This document shows positions 19,469 through 28,850 of a DNA stretch of 41,967 bases, piece by piece (positions within the stretch are counted from its first letter, which is position 1; each line of letters begins with the position of its first letter). Under the pieces are notes generated by a model. The model saw only the letters and a program-made list of their open reading frames with translations, was not told where the DNA came from and did no database searches. Source of the stretch: Myxococcota bacterium (lineage in GTDB: Bacteria; Myxococcota_C; UBA6777); the NCBI GenBank assembly GCA_023150835.1, contig JAKLKB010000052.1, forward strand, positions 1 through 41,967. The letters run 5' to 3'. The position numbers and the translations under genes were made by a program.

Positions 19469-19885
19469 CTAGTTGGCTTTCGCGCCTTCGTCGATCCACG
19501 CCTTGATCAGGTTGAGATCGGCATCCGACAGTTTCGTGCCCGAAGGCATGCGGCTTCCCGCAGCGGGTTTGTCTTGACTCACCTTTTGATAAAGGTAGCT
19601 GTCTGCGGATTTTCCAGCGACCACCAGCTTTGCGCCCGGGTTTTGCTTGCTTTCCGCACCAACCAAGACGGCGGGACTGCCTTCGGTCAGGGTAAGGCCA
19701 AGCGAGGGTTGATCTTTTCCATGACAAAAACTTCCAGCGCAACCTCTCGCAAAGATCGGCTGAACGCACTTTGCATAGGAAACGTTGGTCGAGGCACATC
19801 CTGTTTCGCCGCACGCCACAAGCCCCACAGAAGCAGCGCCCACAACACACACAAACCATCCGATCATCCAAGGCTTCGACATCAT
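19469..19885 (-). CDS. Putative cytochrome c lipoprotein, CX4CH motif (paralog of 18754-19230)
   Basis: Lipobox LVAC, CAGSFCH, SYLYQK, RMP and WIDEGA. Confidence 0.8.
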   Translation of the reverse strand: MMSKPWMIGWFVCVVGAASVGLVACGETGCASTNVSYAKCVQPIFARGCAGSFCHGKDQPSLGLTLTEGSPAVLVGAESKQNPGAKLVVAGKSADSYLYQKVSQDKPAAGSRMPSGTKLSDADLNLIKAWIDEGAKAN

Positions 19886-20105
19886 CGTTTCGAGGCTCCT
19901 TTTTTAAAAGGCCCGTCTTTGGGTCCGATCTTTCTTGTTGAAGAGAACGCAACGACGGGCAAGATCACAGACACAACCAAGGATACATAACGATGCTTTG
20001 GGAAGCCAAAAGATCCGCCCCACGCGAAAAAACGATCACGACGCCACGCGATACCGCGTGGCTGATGGGCAAAAAGCCCGTTGTTCGAGGGACTCCAAGC
20101 GCGGA

Positions 20106-20891
20106 TCAAAAGAAGGTGATCACGACGGCTGCTGCGCTGAGCGTCACCCATGTGAAGTAGCCGATCCCGAGATGGCTTACGGTCATGGCGATCTTAGCAT
20201 CCGTCGAGGACGGGATGATCACGCGGTTGAGGATTCCCCCCACCACCAACGCGATCATGCCGATGCCGTGAAGCCAAGACAGGATATTGTGAGCCTTGGC
20301 CGAATCAAAGCCTTTCCCTGATCCCCCTTCTTCTTTTTGCGAAGGGATGATCCAAGCCAACACCCGCGCCCCACCGTAGGCAACGGCTGTTGCGATCGCC
20401 AGTCCTCGATGCGCCCAGAGCATCGCTTGGGGACTCAAGCGCCCCTCCATAAAGTCGATCGCGTTGATCTGCCCAAGAATGACCGTTGCTGTAAGCAACA
20501 CAAGGCTACCGATCCCAAAGATCTGATGCAGCGTCTTGACCAGCTCTTCGGACTTTTCATCCATCTTGCAAGGTGTTGCCGAAGAACACGCCGAGCGTCC
20601 CAATGGCTTGGCCATCCCCTTGGTGCGGCGCTCTGCATTCGGTGCCGTTGGAGCCTGCATCAAAGAAGAAGACGAATGAGCCACCAAAGTTTGTTTGGAG
20701 GGCGCAAAGGCGGGTTTCATCGAGATGCTCGGAGAAACCAGCGAGGGGGGATGCACAAGCAACCAACGATAAGGACGCGCCGAAGTCATCTCCGCTTGCG
20801 CAGACGGAAACAGCGCAAATAACGAAAAGAAGCCCCCACAAAAAGCAGCCAAACCAAGCGCAGTGTGCGGTGTTCTACGCATGTTCTTCAT
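20106..20891 (-). CDS. Signal peptide plus 4-TM protein with His in each helix (cytochrome b561-like)
   Basis: Helices carrying LHQIFG, AHRGLA, AHNILSWLHGIG and SHLGIG. Confidence 0.6.
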   Translation of the reverse strand: MKNMRRTPHTALGLAAFCGGFFSLFALFPSAQAEMTSARPYRWLLVHPPSLVSPSISMKPAFAPSKQTLVAHSSSSLMQAPTAPNAERRTKGMAKPLGRSACSSATPCKMDEKSEELVKTLHQIFGIGSLVLLTATVILGQINAIDFMEGRLSPQAMLWAHRGLAIATAVAYGGARVLAWIIPSQKEEGGSGKGFDSAKAHNILSWLHGIGMIALVVGGILNRVIIPSSTDAKIAMTVSHLGIGYFTWVTLSAAAVVITFF

Positions 20892-20985
20892 TCAAAAATT
20901 CTCCATGATCGTTGAAGAGGATTTCGTATCCGAAGCCAAGGCGAGGCAAGAAGAAAGTTCCGAGATCGAGACCCAAACGGATCTT

Positions 20986-21099
20986 ATACGAAATCCGCAG
21001 GGCGTGTGATCGTCAAACGTAGGGGCTGCCCCCTGTGGCTGCCCTATAATCGGGCGTCCACGTACTCTCCTTTGCGTACACATCTCTCGAATATCGTCT
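20986..21099 (+). repeat. 115-bp TIR-bounded REP element
   Basis: ATACGAAATCCG ... GTAGGGGCTGCCCCCTGTGGCTGCCC ... CGAATATCGTCT. Confidence 0.85.
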
Positions 21100-21686
21100 T
21101 ATCTTGCGAAGCGAAGCGTCATCGCGAGATCAACCTTGTCTTTGATCGGGATCCACAACAGCGCAGGGCGTTTGATCTTGTAGGTCGAACAAAGGACATG
21201 CGTTTTGATCTGAACCACGACTTTTTCGCCTTTGAGGATATCTCCTTCAAAGGAGGCTTGAAAAGTGACGGGGTGGGTGTTGTTGTTGATCGTGAAAGAT
21301 CCGACAAGCTCGCCACTTCCGCCCTTTGCGTTCATGGTTTTCATGGTCAGGCTTTTGGGAACAAAACGGATGATCGACTCGGCTCCCCCCAACACGCTGC
21401 GCATATACCTGTCACGACGGCCATTTCCGCTCTCCAACGATCCCACGGCGATCTGTACGCTTCCTGCCACGTCGACGGCCTTTCCCGGGATCAGACTGCC
21501 CTTGATCGTGACGTTGCCTTGTACGGAGCCTGCTTTGTTATAGGCTTTGACGTGCTTGGTGGGATGGTACACATCGATCTTGATCTGGCTTGCGCCGTCC
21601 ACTTTGTAAGCAGAGTCGGCGAAAGAAGCGGAAGAGATCAGCGAAAACACAAATGCCAGTGAAAAAACAGCGAGAAACTTTTGCAT
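21099..21686 (-). CDS. YceI-family periplasmic lipid/isoprenoid-binding protein
   Basis: Signal peptide, LESGNGRRDRYMR, GSFTINNNTHPVTF; AAGGAG before ATG 21686. Confidence 0.8.
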   Translation of the reverse strand: MQKFLAVFSLAFVFSLISSASFADSAYKVDGASQIKIDVYHPTKHVKAYNKAGSVQGNVTIKGSLIPGKAVDVAGSVQIAVGSLESGNGRRDRYMRSVLGGAESIIRFVPKSLTMKTMNAKGGSGELVGSFTINNNTHPVTFQASFEGDILKGEKVVVQIKTHVLCSTYKIKRPALLWIPIKDKVDLAMTLRFAR

Positions 21687-21860
21687 CAGGACATCTCCTT
21701 TGGTGTTGCGGGGGAAAAAAAACACAAGCCTCTACAGAAGGTGCTCGGCGGTGGCGGCGAGATTCGGGGGCTTAGACTGGATCTGTTGCGGATCCGTTAC
21801 AAGCCGACCCGCGATCCTTGTTGTCGCTTTCCGAGAGGAACGCTGTTATCGCGTGTAAGG

Positions 21861-21890
21861 TTGACGAAGATCAAGGCACCCTTGATCTTC
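21861..21890. promoter_or_regulatory. FNR-like box overlapping a perfect 11-bp inverted repeat
   Basis: TTGAC-GAAG-ATCAA (21861-21874; FNR consensus TTGAT-N4-ATCAA) and GAAGATCAAGG-CAC-CCTTGATCTTC (21866-21890). Confidence 0.55.
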
Positions 21891-22022
21891 ACGCGCTAGT
21901 GTACTACTGCTGTGCGAAATCGCACGGAGGCCACAGTCCAAGAGAGACCTGCGCGACGGTTGCGCGCCCACAGGACAAAGAAAAGCCTCAAGTATGCGGA
22001 AAGGACAAGGGCGGTGAAGCGA

Positions 22023-23195
22023 ATGGAGCGGATCGCACTGATCGGCGTATCCCATCGGCGCGGTGGTATCGCGGCGTTAGAGGCATGGCATCGAGCGTGG
22101 GATGACCGTGCGCTGTCGGATATCCTTGCGTTGGGATTTCAAGAAGCTGTGAGACTTTCGACCTGCAATCGATGTGACTTGATCGTTGCGATGCCCGAAG
22201 GGATGGATATCCAAGAAGCCCGCCGCCTGTTGGCTCCTGCGGAATGGACCCGCTGTTATACCTACGAAGGTGAAGCCGCCGTTGAGCAGCTTTGTCGGAT
22301 CGCGGCATCGTTGGACTCCCTCAATCCGGGGGAAGATCAGATCATGTCACAAGTGCGAGACGCTTATACAGCCGCAGAAGGCGAAAAAACCGTCGGAAGT
22401 GAAACCAGCTTTGCCTTTTCTACAGCCTTTCGCGTCGCCAAGCGCATCCGCCGAGAGGTCGAGTTGGCCCCCGTCAAAACCTCTCTGTTTAGTCTTGCCC
22501 GCCCTGAGATGGAGCGCGACCTTCCTCTGCACGCCCAGATCGCCGTGATCGGAACAGGCAAGATGGGCCGCATCGCCGCACGCTCTCTTTGTGAACGCCC
22601 CCATACAACGCTTTATTTGATCAACCGCTCGATCGAACGCGCACAAGCTCTCGCCGAAGAACTCGATGGTGAAGCCAAGATCACGCTTTTGTCGTTGGAT
22701 GATTTTTGGATGCACCCTCCTGCTCTTGACGGTTTGGTGTGCGCGACTTCTCAGGCCGACTTGATCAACACTTCCTTTTTAAAGCGCCTGCCGAACTTGC
22801 GGGTGATCGTGGACTTGGGGATGCCACGCAACGTTGCGTTGGGAGCCGCCCAAACCCAAGGCATCAAATGCCTTGATGTGGAAACCCTCCAAGAAGCGGG
22901 GCAACGCCGCCGTCAAAAGATCGAAGCTGCCTTGCTACGGGCTGAAGAGATCTTGCTTGATGAGCTTGAGATCGCAATCAACGAGTGGATCGAGCGTCAG
23001 CTTGGGCCTTCACTTCAAGCGCTGCGCGCCCACTACATCGAGAAGATCGGCGACACTCTCCCCGAGCACGAAGCCCGACAAATGGCCAACCGCTTCGCGC
23101 ATCTGCCCATGAAAGGACTGCGTGTACTCGCCAGAGAACACGGCCTGCACGCCGCACGCACCTTCTTGTCGGTGATCGAGGCACAAGCGCGTTAA
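22023..23195 (+). CDS. hemA: Glutamyl-tRNA reductase
   Basis: STCNR catalytic motif, SLDSLNPGEDQI, VIGTGKMG NADPH motif, DLGMPRNV; start could be slightly upstream. Confidence 0.9.
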   Translation: MERIALIGVSHRRGGIAALEAWHRAWDDRALSDILALGFQEAVRLSTCNRCDLIVAMPEGMDIQEARRLLAPAEWTRCYTYEGEAAVEQLCRIAASLDSLNPGEDQIMSQVRDAYTAAEGEKTVGSETSFAFSTAFRVAKRIRREVELAPVKTSLFSLARPEMERDLPLHAQIAVIGTGKMGRIAARSLCERPHTTLYLINRSIERAQALAEELDGEAKITLLSLDDFWMHPPALDGLVCATSQADLINTSFLKRLPNLRVIVDLGMPRNVALGAAQTQGIKCLDVETLQEAGQRRRQKIEAALLRAEEILLDELEIAINEWIERQLGPSLQALRAHYIEKIGDTLPEHEARQMANRFAHLPMKGLRVLAREHGLHAARTFLSVIEAQAR

Positions 23196-23299
23196 ACAAC
23201 TCAAACGCCCCAAAAGTCTTCCGACCACGCTACGCTTGAACGCATGGAAACGCCCTTCTCACGGGCTCAATCCATCTCTTTTATCGACGGAAACACACG

Positions 23300-24190
23300 A
23301 TGCAACACACGATACGGATCGCCACGCGCAAAAGTCGCCTCGCTTTGTGGCAAGCCGAATGGGTCCAAGCGCGCTTGCAAGAAGTCGGCATCCTCGGACA
23401 TCTGGTCCTGATCGAAACCCAAGGCGATCGGGAGATGTCCGCCTTTCGTTTGATGCAAGGCCAAGGCTTCTTTACCAAAGCCGTCCAAGATGCCGTCCTT
23501 GCGGATGAAGCCGATATCGCTGTCCACTCGCTCAAAGACCTCCCCTCCGCCCGCATGGAAGGACTCACACTTGCGGCCATCCCTTGTCGGGCGGATGTAC
23601 GCGATATGTTGCTGATGCACAACGCTGCACACGACGATACCGAAGCATGGCTCCCGCTGCGCATCGGCTCACGCATCGGAACCAGCGCAGCACGACGTCA
23701 AGCGCAGCTCCGACACCTTCGGCCCGATCTCGAAGTCGAAGAACTACGAGGCAACGTCCCCACCCGCGTCGAACGCCTACGCGAAGGCCGCTATGACGCG
23801 ATCTTGCTGGCTTGCGCAGGCGTGGAAAGACTCGAACTGGATCTCTCGGGTCTTCGAACCTTTCCACTTCCTCCCTCGCTGTTTGTTCCCGCCCCCGGCC
23901 AAGGAGCCCTCGCCATCGAATGTCGCTCCCAAGACCTAGAAACACAAAGCCTTTTGCAGACCCATCTCCACGATCCAGACGCCGCACGCACCGTCGAATT
24001 AGAGCGCTCCTTGATGGCTCAATTTGAAGGCGGATGTCAGTTGGCTCTTGGGGCCTCTGCCCGTGTTTGCCACGACCAGCAGATCGAGATGATCGCCTTT
24101 TATCAAGGACAGCACCGCACGCTCCAAGCCCCCGCACAGACCGTCGTTTCCCGCATGGTCCACGCCCTCACCCACCCCTCGCATCCATGA
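23300..24190 (+). CDS. hemC: Hydroxymethylbilane synthase (porphobilinogen deaminase)
   Basis: ATRKSRLALWQ, DIAVHSLKDLP, LRGNVPTR, PAPGQGALA and EGGC motifs. Confidence 0.95.
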   Translation: MQHTIRIATRKSRLALWQAEWVQARLQEVGILGHLVLIETQGDREMSAFRLMQGQGFFTKAVQDAVLADEADIAVHSLKDLPSARMEGLTLAAIPCRADVRDMLLMHNAAHDDTEAWLPLRIGSRIGTSAARRQAQLRHLRPDLEVEELRGNVPTRVERLREGRYDAILLACAGVERLELDLSGLRTFPLPPSLFVPAPGQGALAIECRSQDLETQSLLQTHLHDPDAARTVELERSLMAQFEGGCQLALGASARVCHDQQIEMIAFYQGQHRTLQAPAQTVVSRMVHALTHPSHP

Positions 24191-25302
24191 CGCTCCGCAA
24201 ACACCGCCCACAAACCAAGGCCGCCGTGATCTTTATGTTGGTGCTGTTTTTTCTTGGTGCGCAGGTGGTGTGGTGGCTGATCTTTTTGTCCGACCAGATC
24301 AAAAATGCCTCCGAACAGCGCATTCGTGGGTGGCTCACCGATCGCCAAACGATCCAGCGTTTGCTTGACGAATCCCCCAAGCAAAAGCGCCGATGGTTGG
24401 AGATCTGCCGTCAACACTATCCTCATCTGCACTGCTCCAGCGACGGCATCACCCTACGCCCAGAATCCTTTTGGGAGATCCGCGAACGCGGTGATCGCTC
24501 GATGCGGATGTTTCTGTTTGAAAGCGTGTTCTTTGTCTTGGTGATCGCGGGCGGACTGGTGTTGTTGGCGCAAAGTATCCGAACGGAGCGCGAGCTTCAA
24601 ACGCGCCAAAGCAACTTTCTCAGCGCAGTCAGTCACGAACTCCGCACCCCAATCAGCACGATGCGCCTCGCCTTGGAAACGCTGCAATACCGAGATATCC
24701 CCAAAGAAAAGCAAACTCATTACCTCGACCGCTTGCGCGCCAATCTGGATCGCCTCCAAGCGACCTTTGAACAAGTCCTTGCCGCTGCGATGCTCGAAGA
24801 ACACGGAAACAACAAGCGGATCGAACAGCACGATCTCGGCGCTCTTGTGGCTCGCTACATCGAGCAAAACCGAACGGATCTCGAAGAACGCGGAGGCGTG
24901 TTGTCTTGGCGATCCGCTCCCGCGCCTGTGTTTGTGCGTGTCGATCCCCTTGGGTTCGAGATTATCCTCAACAACCTGCTCAACAACGCGATCAAGCATA
25001 ACCCCCATCCCCAAAAGCATATCGCGCTTGCGGTTCATGAAATTGGCCGCTATGGTGTCTTGCAGGTCGATGACGATGGACCCGGCATCCCCGCCACAGA
25101 ACACCAGCGGATCTTTGATGCGTTTTATCGCATCGGCGACGAATTAAAACGCCAAAGCGGTGGGTTGGGACTTGGGCTTTATCTTGTCAAAAGCCTCGCA
25201 GAAAACATGGGCGGCGGTGTGTCGGTCGATGCGCTCGAACAAGGCAGTCGTTTTGAGGTGCGTCTGCCGCGTGTATCCGCCCCATCGTTCGGGATCAAGT
25301 AG
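24187..25302 (+). CDS. Sensor histidine kinase (2 TM, HisKA, HATPase_c)
   Basis: VSHELRTP H-box, NLLNNAIKH, DDGPGI, GLGLGL; ATGA overlap with the hemC stop. Confidence 0.92.
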   Translation: MTLRKHRPQTKAAVIFMLVLFFLGAQVVWWLIFLSDQIKNASEQRIRGWLTDRQTIQRLLDESPKQKRRWLEICRQHYPHLHCSSDGITLRPESFWEIRERGDRSMRMFLFESVFFVLVIAGGLVLLAQSIRTERELQTRQSNFLSAVSHELRTPISTMRLALETLQYRDIPKEKQTHYLDRLRANLDRLQATFEQVLAAAMLEEHGNNKRIEQHDLGALVARYIEQNRTDLEERGGVLSWRSAPAPVFVRVDPLGFEIILNNLLNNAIKHNPHPQKHIALAVHEIGRYGVLQVDDDGPGIPATEHQRIFDAFYRIGDELKRQSGGLGLGLYLVKSLAENMGGGVSVDALEQGSRFEVRLPRVSAPSFGIK

Positions 25303-25303
25303 A

Positions 25304-26017
25304 ATGGCAAAGCGCGTACTGGTGATCGAAGATGAACCCGATATGGCCGAACTCTTGGTCGATAACCTTGAGGCCGAAGGCTACGAAGTGACGAACGCAC
25401 GCGATGGCCACGAAGGGCTGGCCTTGTGGCGTGGCGTGGTGCCTGATCTTGTGGTGTTGGATGTGATGCTACCCCATCGAAGCGGCTACGATATCTGCCG
25501 GATATTACGCGAAGAAGGCGATCATACGCCCGTTTTGTTCCTCAGCGCCAAAGGCCACCCCGAAGCTCGCGTCCAAGGACTCGCTGTCGGTGGCGACGAC
25601 TACCTCACCAAGCCCTTCCATCTCCCCGAACTTTTGCTGCGTGTGCGCGCCCTTCTCCAACGCTCCGCATGGCCTCCCTCCACCGCCCCTTCCGAATCCT
25701 TTTCGATCGGCAAACATCAAGTCGATCAGCGCGAATGGACCGTCCGATCCGAAGACGGCAAAACCTTGTTGTTACGAGAAGAAGAGATCCGCCTGTTGCG
25801 TTTTCTTCTGGCTCACCCCAACACCACCCTCGGGCGAGACCAGCTTCTTGATGGCGTCTGGCAAGACGATATCTTCCCTTCTAGCCGCGTCTTAGAAGGT
25901 TATTTTGCGCGGCTGCGGGATATCTTTGAAGCCGACCCGCTCCATCCACGATTCTTCCATTCCCATCGAGGCTTGCGCTTTGCCTTCTATCCAAAGGGAC
26001 TCGCCAACCCATTCTAA
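25304..26017 (+). CDS. OmpR-family response regulator
   Basis: IEDE, LDVMLP, LSA and DDYLTKPF receiver motifs plus a winged-helix-sized C-terminus. Confidence 0.9.
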   Translation: MAKRVLVIEDEPDMAELLVDNLEAEGYEVTNARDGHEGLALWRGVVPDLVVLDVMLPHRSGYDICRILREEGDHTPVLFLSAKGHPEARVQGLAVGGDDYLTKPFHLPELLLRVRALLQRSAWPPSTAPSESFSIGKHQVDQREWTVRSEDGKTLLLREEEIRLLRFLLAHPNTTLGRDQLLDGVWQDDIFPSSRVLEGYFARLRDIFEADPLHPRFFHSHRGLRFAFYPKGLANPF

Positions 26018-26057
26018 AAACACCATCCATCCGCCCATTCTAGAAATACCGTCTATC

Positions 26058-26086
26058 CGCCTCTTGTCTGCCTCAAACAAGAGGCG
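26058..26086. terminator. Stem-loop between the response regulator and hemE
   Basis: CGCCTCTTGT-N9-ACAAGAGGCG; no strong U-tract. Confidence 0.35.
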
Positions 26087-26108
26087 TTCGACTCTCAAGG
26101 AGGTCCCG

Positions 26109-27170
26109 TTGCTTCGTACGAATCCCACTCCCCCTACTGACATCTCGGAAGCTCCGCTGTTTTTGCGTGCGCTGTGGGGCGAAGACACGCCACGCGCTCC
26201 GATCTGGATTATGCGCCAAGCCGGTCGCTATCTGCCCGAATATCGGGCGCTCAAAGAAAAATATTCTTTTTGGCAGATGTGCGAAGAACCCGACCTTGCC
26301 GCCGAAGTGACACTTCAACCCTTGGCCCGCTATCCTCTCGATGCCGCCATCGTCTTTAGCGATATCATGACGCCGTTGTCTTCGATGGGTGTGGACGTGG
26401 CCTTTCACCCCGGACCTGTGGTCGCTGCTCCCATCCGCACACCCGCCGATATCCAAGCCCTTCGCGTCCCCGCAGAAGACGAGATATCCCCTTATGTCGG
26501 CGAGGCCATCCGCATCTTACGCCGCTCCCTGCATGTACCCTTGATCGGCTTTGCAGGAGCCCCCCTCACGCTCGCAACCTACTTGATCCAAGGGCAAGGC
26601 AGCAAAGAATATCCCACCCTTCGGCAATTTCTATGGGGCGAGCCTGATCTCGCCCATGCTCTTTTAGAGAAGCTCGCCGAGATGACTGCACGTTATCTCC
26701 GTATGCAGATCAAAGCAGGAGCCCAAGCGATCCAGTTGTTCGACTCTTGGGCAGGCTTACACAGCGCCCCGATATACCGTACCTTTGGCGCTTCTTATGC
26801 AGCAAAAGTCCTCGATCGTCTGGCTGATCTTGATGTTCCGCGTATCTATATCGCCGTCGGTGCATCTCATCTCTACGAAGAGATCGCTGCCTTGCCTGTC
26901 GAGGCCGTCAGCGTAGACTGGCGGATGCCTCTTGATCTCGTCCGCCGCGCCTTGCCCGCAAAAACCCTCCAAGGCAATCTGGAACCTGCGATCTTGTTGG
27001 CTCCTCCCCAAGTCATCGAAGAACAAGCGCAAGATATCTTGCGGCGCGGTATCGGCGGAGCCCACGTCTTTAACCTCGGTCACGGGATCTTTCCCCAAAC
27101 GCCCCCCGAACATCTCGCGCACCTGATCGACGTGGTGCAACGCTTTGACCGCCACGCCCCCCATCCCTGA
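26109..27170 (+). CDS. hemE: Uroporphyrinogen decarboxylase
   Basis: PIWIMRQAGRYLPEY, FSDIMTP, LIGFAGAPLT, QLFDSW, FNLGHGI; AAGGAGG before TTG 26109. Confidence 0.95.
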   Translation: MLRTNPTPPTDISEAPLFLRALWGEDTPRAPIWIMRQAGRYLPEYRALKEKYSFWQMCEEPDLAAEVTLQPLARYPLDAAIVFSDIMTPLSSMGVDVAFHPGPVVAAPIRTPADIQALRVPAEDEISPYVGEAIRILRRSLHVPLIGFAGAPLTLATYLIQGQGSKEYPTLRQFLWGEPDLAHALLEKLAEMTARYLRMQIKAGAQAIQLFDSWAGLHSAPIYRTFGASYAAKVLDRLADLDVPRIYIAVGASHLYEEIAALPVEAVSVDWRMPLDLVRRALPAKTLQGNLEPAILLAPPQVIEEQAQDILRRGIGGAHVFNLGHGIFPQTPPEHLAHLIDVVQRFDRHAPHP

Positions 27171-27207
27171 TCGACTCGACGCACCCACAAACCAAGGAGT
27201 TCTTGCG

Positions 27208-27711
27208 ATGTTCGCTGATGTCCTACCCACAAATCGATGGTTCGGCTTTGCCTTCCTCGCCTTTGTTGTGGGCTCGGTGCTTTGGCTCGCCACCCCACAT
27301 CAAAGCGCTGCCAAACCCACACCACCGCCCAAAACGCCCTCCAGCGGATCCTTGACGATCCTGATCCAAGGCTTGCGCAACAACGATGGCCGCGTTTCCT
27401 TGACCCTCTACAACCGCGCTGACGGATATCCCATGAAACCAAAACTCGCCTTCGCTAAACGCGAAACCTCGATCCAAAACAAACAAGTTCGCTTCGTCTT
27501 TCCTGCCCTACCCTTCGGCACTTACGCTGTGGCTGCTTACCACGACGAAAACGCCAACGGCAAACTCGACACCAATTGGATCGGTATCCCCCGCGAAGGA
27601 ACCGCCGCTTCCAACAACGCCAAAGGCTTTATGGGCCCCCCCAAATTCCGTGACGCACGCTTTGACTTCAAACAAACCCCGCTCACCGTCTCCATGAAGA
27701 TGAATTACTGA
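27208..27711 (+). CDS. DUF2141-family exported protein
   Basis: GTYAVAAYHDENANGKLDTNWIGIPREG...SNN...GPPKF motif; signal peptide; AAGGAG RBS. Confidence 0.85.
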   Translation: MFADVLPTNRWFGFAFLAFVVGSVLWLATPHQSAAKPTPPPKTPSSGSLTILIQGLRNNDGRVSLTLYNRADGYPMKPKLAFAKRETSIQNKQVRFVFPALPFGTYAVAAYHDENANGKLDTNWIGIPREGTAASNNAKGFMGPPKFRDARFDFKQTPLTVSMKMNY

Positions 27712-27716
27712 TCCGC

Positions 27717-28829
27717 ATGACGACAAAAAAATCTCCCACAGGAATTGTTCTGCTCAACCTCGGTGGCCCCGCAACCCAAGATGAAGTTCAACCCTTTTTG
27801 ATGCGCCTGTTTGCGGATCGAGAGATCATCCAGCTTCCTTGGCAAAGCGTCTTCGGACCCTTTCTCGCCAAACGTCGCACCCCCAAAGTCCAGAAACTTT
27901 ACCAAACCATCGGTGGCGGCTCGCCGATCAAGATGTGGACGCAAAAACAAGGCGACGGAATGGTGCGTTTGCTCGACACCCTTTCGCCCGAAACCGCCCC
28001 CCACAAAGCCTACATCGCGTTTCGTTATGCCGCCCCCCTCAGCGAAGACGCCCTTCAAGCCATGCGCAATGATGGTGTCCAACGCGCCATCGCTTTTACG
28101 CAGTACCCGCACTTTTCCTGTGCCACCACAGGTTCCAGCCTCAACGAGCTATGGCGAGCGCTTGATCGTTTGGGGATGCAAGATGCGTTTGCATGGAGCG
28201 TGATCGATCGATGGCCGACCCACGCGGGTTTTATTCAGGCGATGGTCAAAAAGATCGAAGAAGGATTGGCATCTTTCCCCGAAGAAGAGCGCGAACAAGT
28301 GGTCTTGCTTTTTAGCGCACACTCTCTGCCGTTGCGGATCGTCGATCGCGGCGATCCTTATCCCGAAGAGATCGCCGAAACCATCCATCTCGTCATGCGC
28401 TCGATACAGTATCGACACCGTTATCTGCTGTCTTATCAGTCCGAAGTCGGCCCTGTCCGATGGCTTGGACCCAGTACCGAAAAGATGATCCGCGCCCTCC
28501 CCGAAAAAGGCTATCGCCATGTCCTTGTGGTTCCGATCGCTTTTACCTCCGATCACATCGAGACCTTGGTCGAGATCGATCAAGAATACGGTGAACTCGC
28601 CCACCAATGCGGGCTAACCCACTTTCACCGCGCTCCCGCACTCAACGATGACCCCCTTTTCATCGAAGCAATGGCCGATATCGTCCTCCAACATCTCCAA
28701 AAACAAGAAGTCGCCTCGCTTCAATACAGCATGCGTTGCCCCGGTTGCACCAACCCACGATGCCGACAAGTCACCCACCCATTCCAACCCTACCAAGGCA
28801 TCCCCCAACCCAAAACCCTCCCACGCTAA
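27717..28829 (+). CDS. hemH: Ferrochelatase with C-terminal [2Fe-2S]-type Cys motif
   Basis: LLNLGGP, GGGSPI, FSAHSLP, SEVGPVRWLGP, FTSDHIETLVEID; QYPHFSC and CPGCTNPRC. Confidence 0.95.
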   Translation: MTTKKSPTGIVLLNLGGPATQDEVQPFLMRLFADREIIQLPWQSVFGPFLAKRRTPKVQKLYQTIGGGSPIKMWTQKQGDGMVRLLDTLSPETAPHKAYIAFRYAAPLSEDALQAMRNDGVQRAIAFTQYPHFSCATTGSSLNELWRALDRLGMQDAFAWSVIDRWPTHAGFIQAMVKKIEEGLASFPEEEREQVVLLFSAHSLPLRIVDRGDPYPEEIAETIHLVMRSIQYRHRYLLSYQSEVGPVRWLGPSTEKMIRALPEKGYRHVLVVPIAFTSDHIETLVEIDQEYGELAHQCGLTHFHRAPALNDDPLFIEAMADIVLQHLQKQEVASLQYSMRCPGCTNPRCRQVTHPFQPYQGIPQPKTLPR

Positions 28830-28850
28830 ACTCCACAGGAGGCTTTTTTG

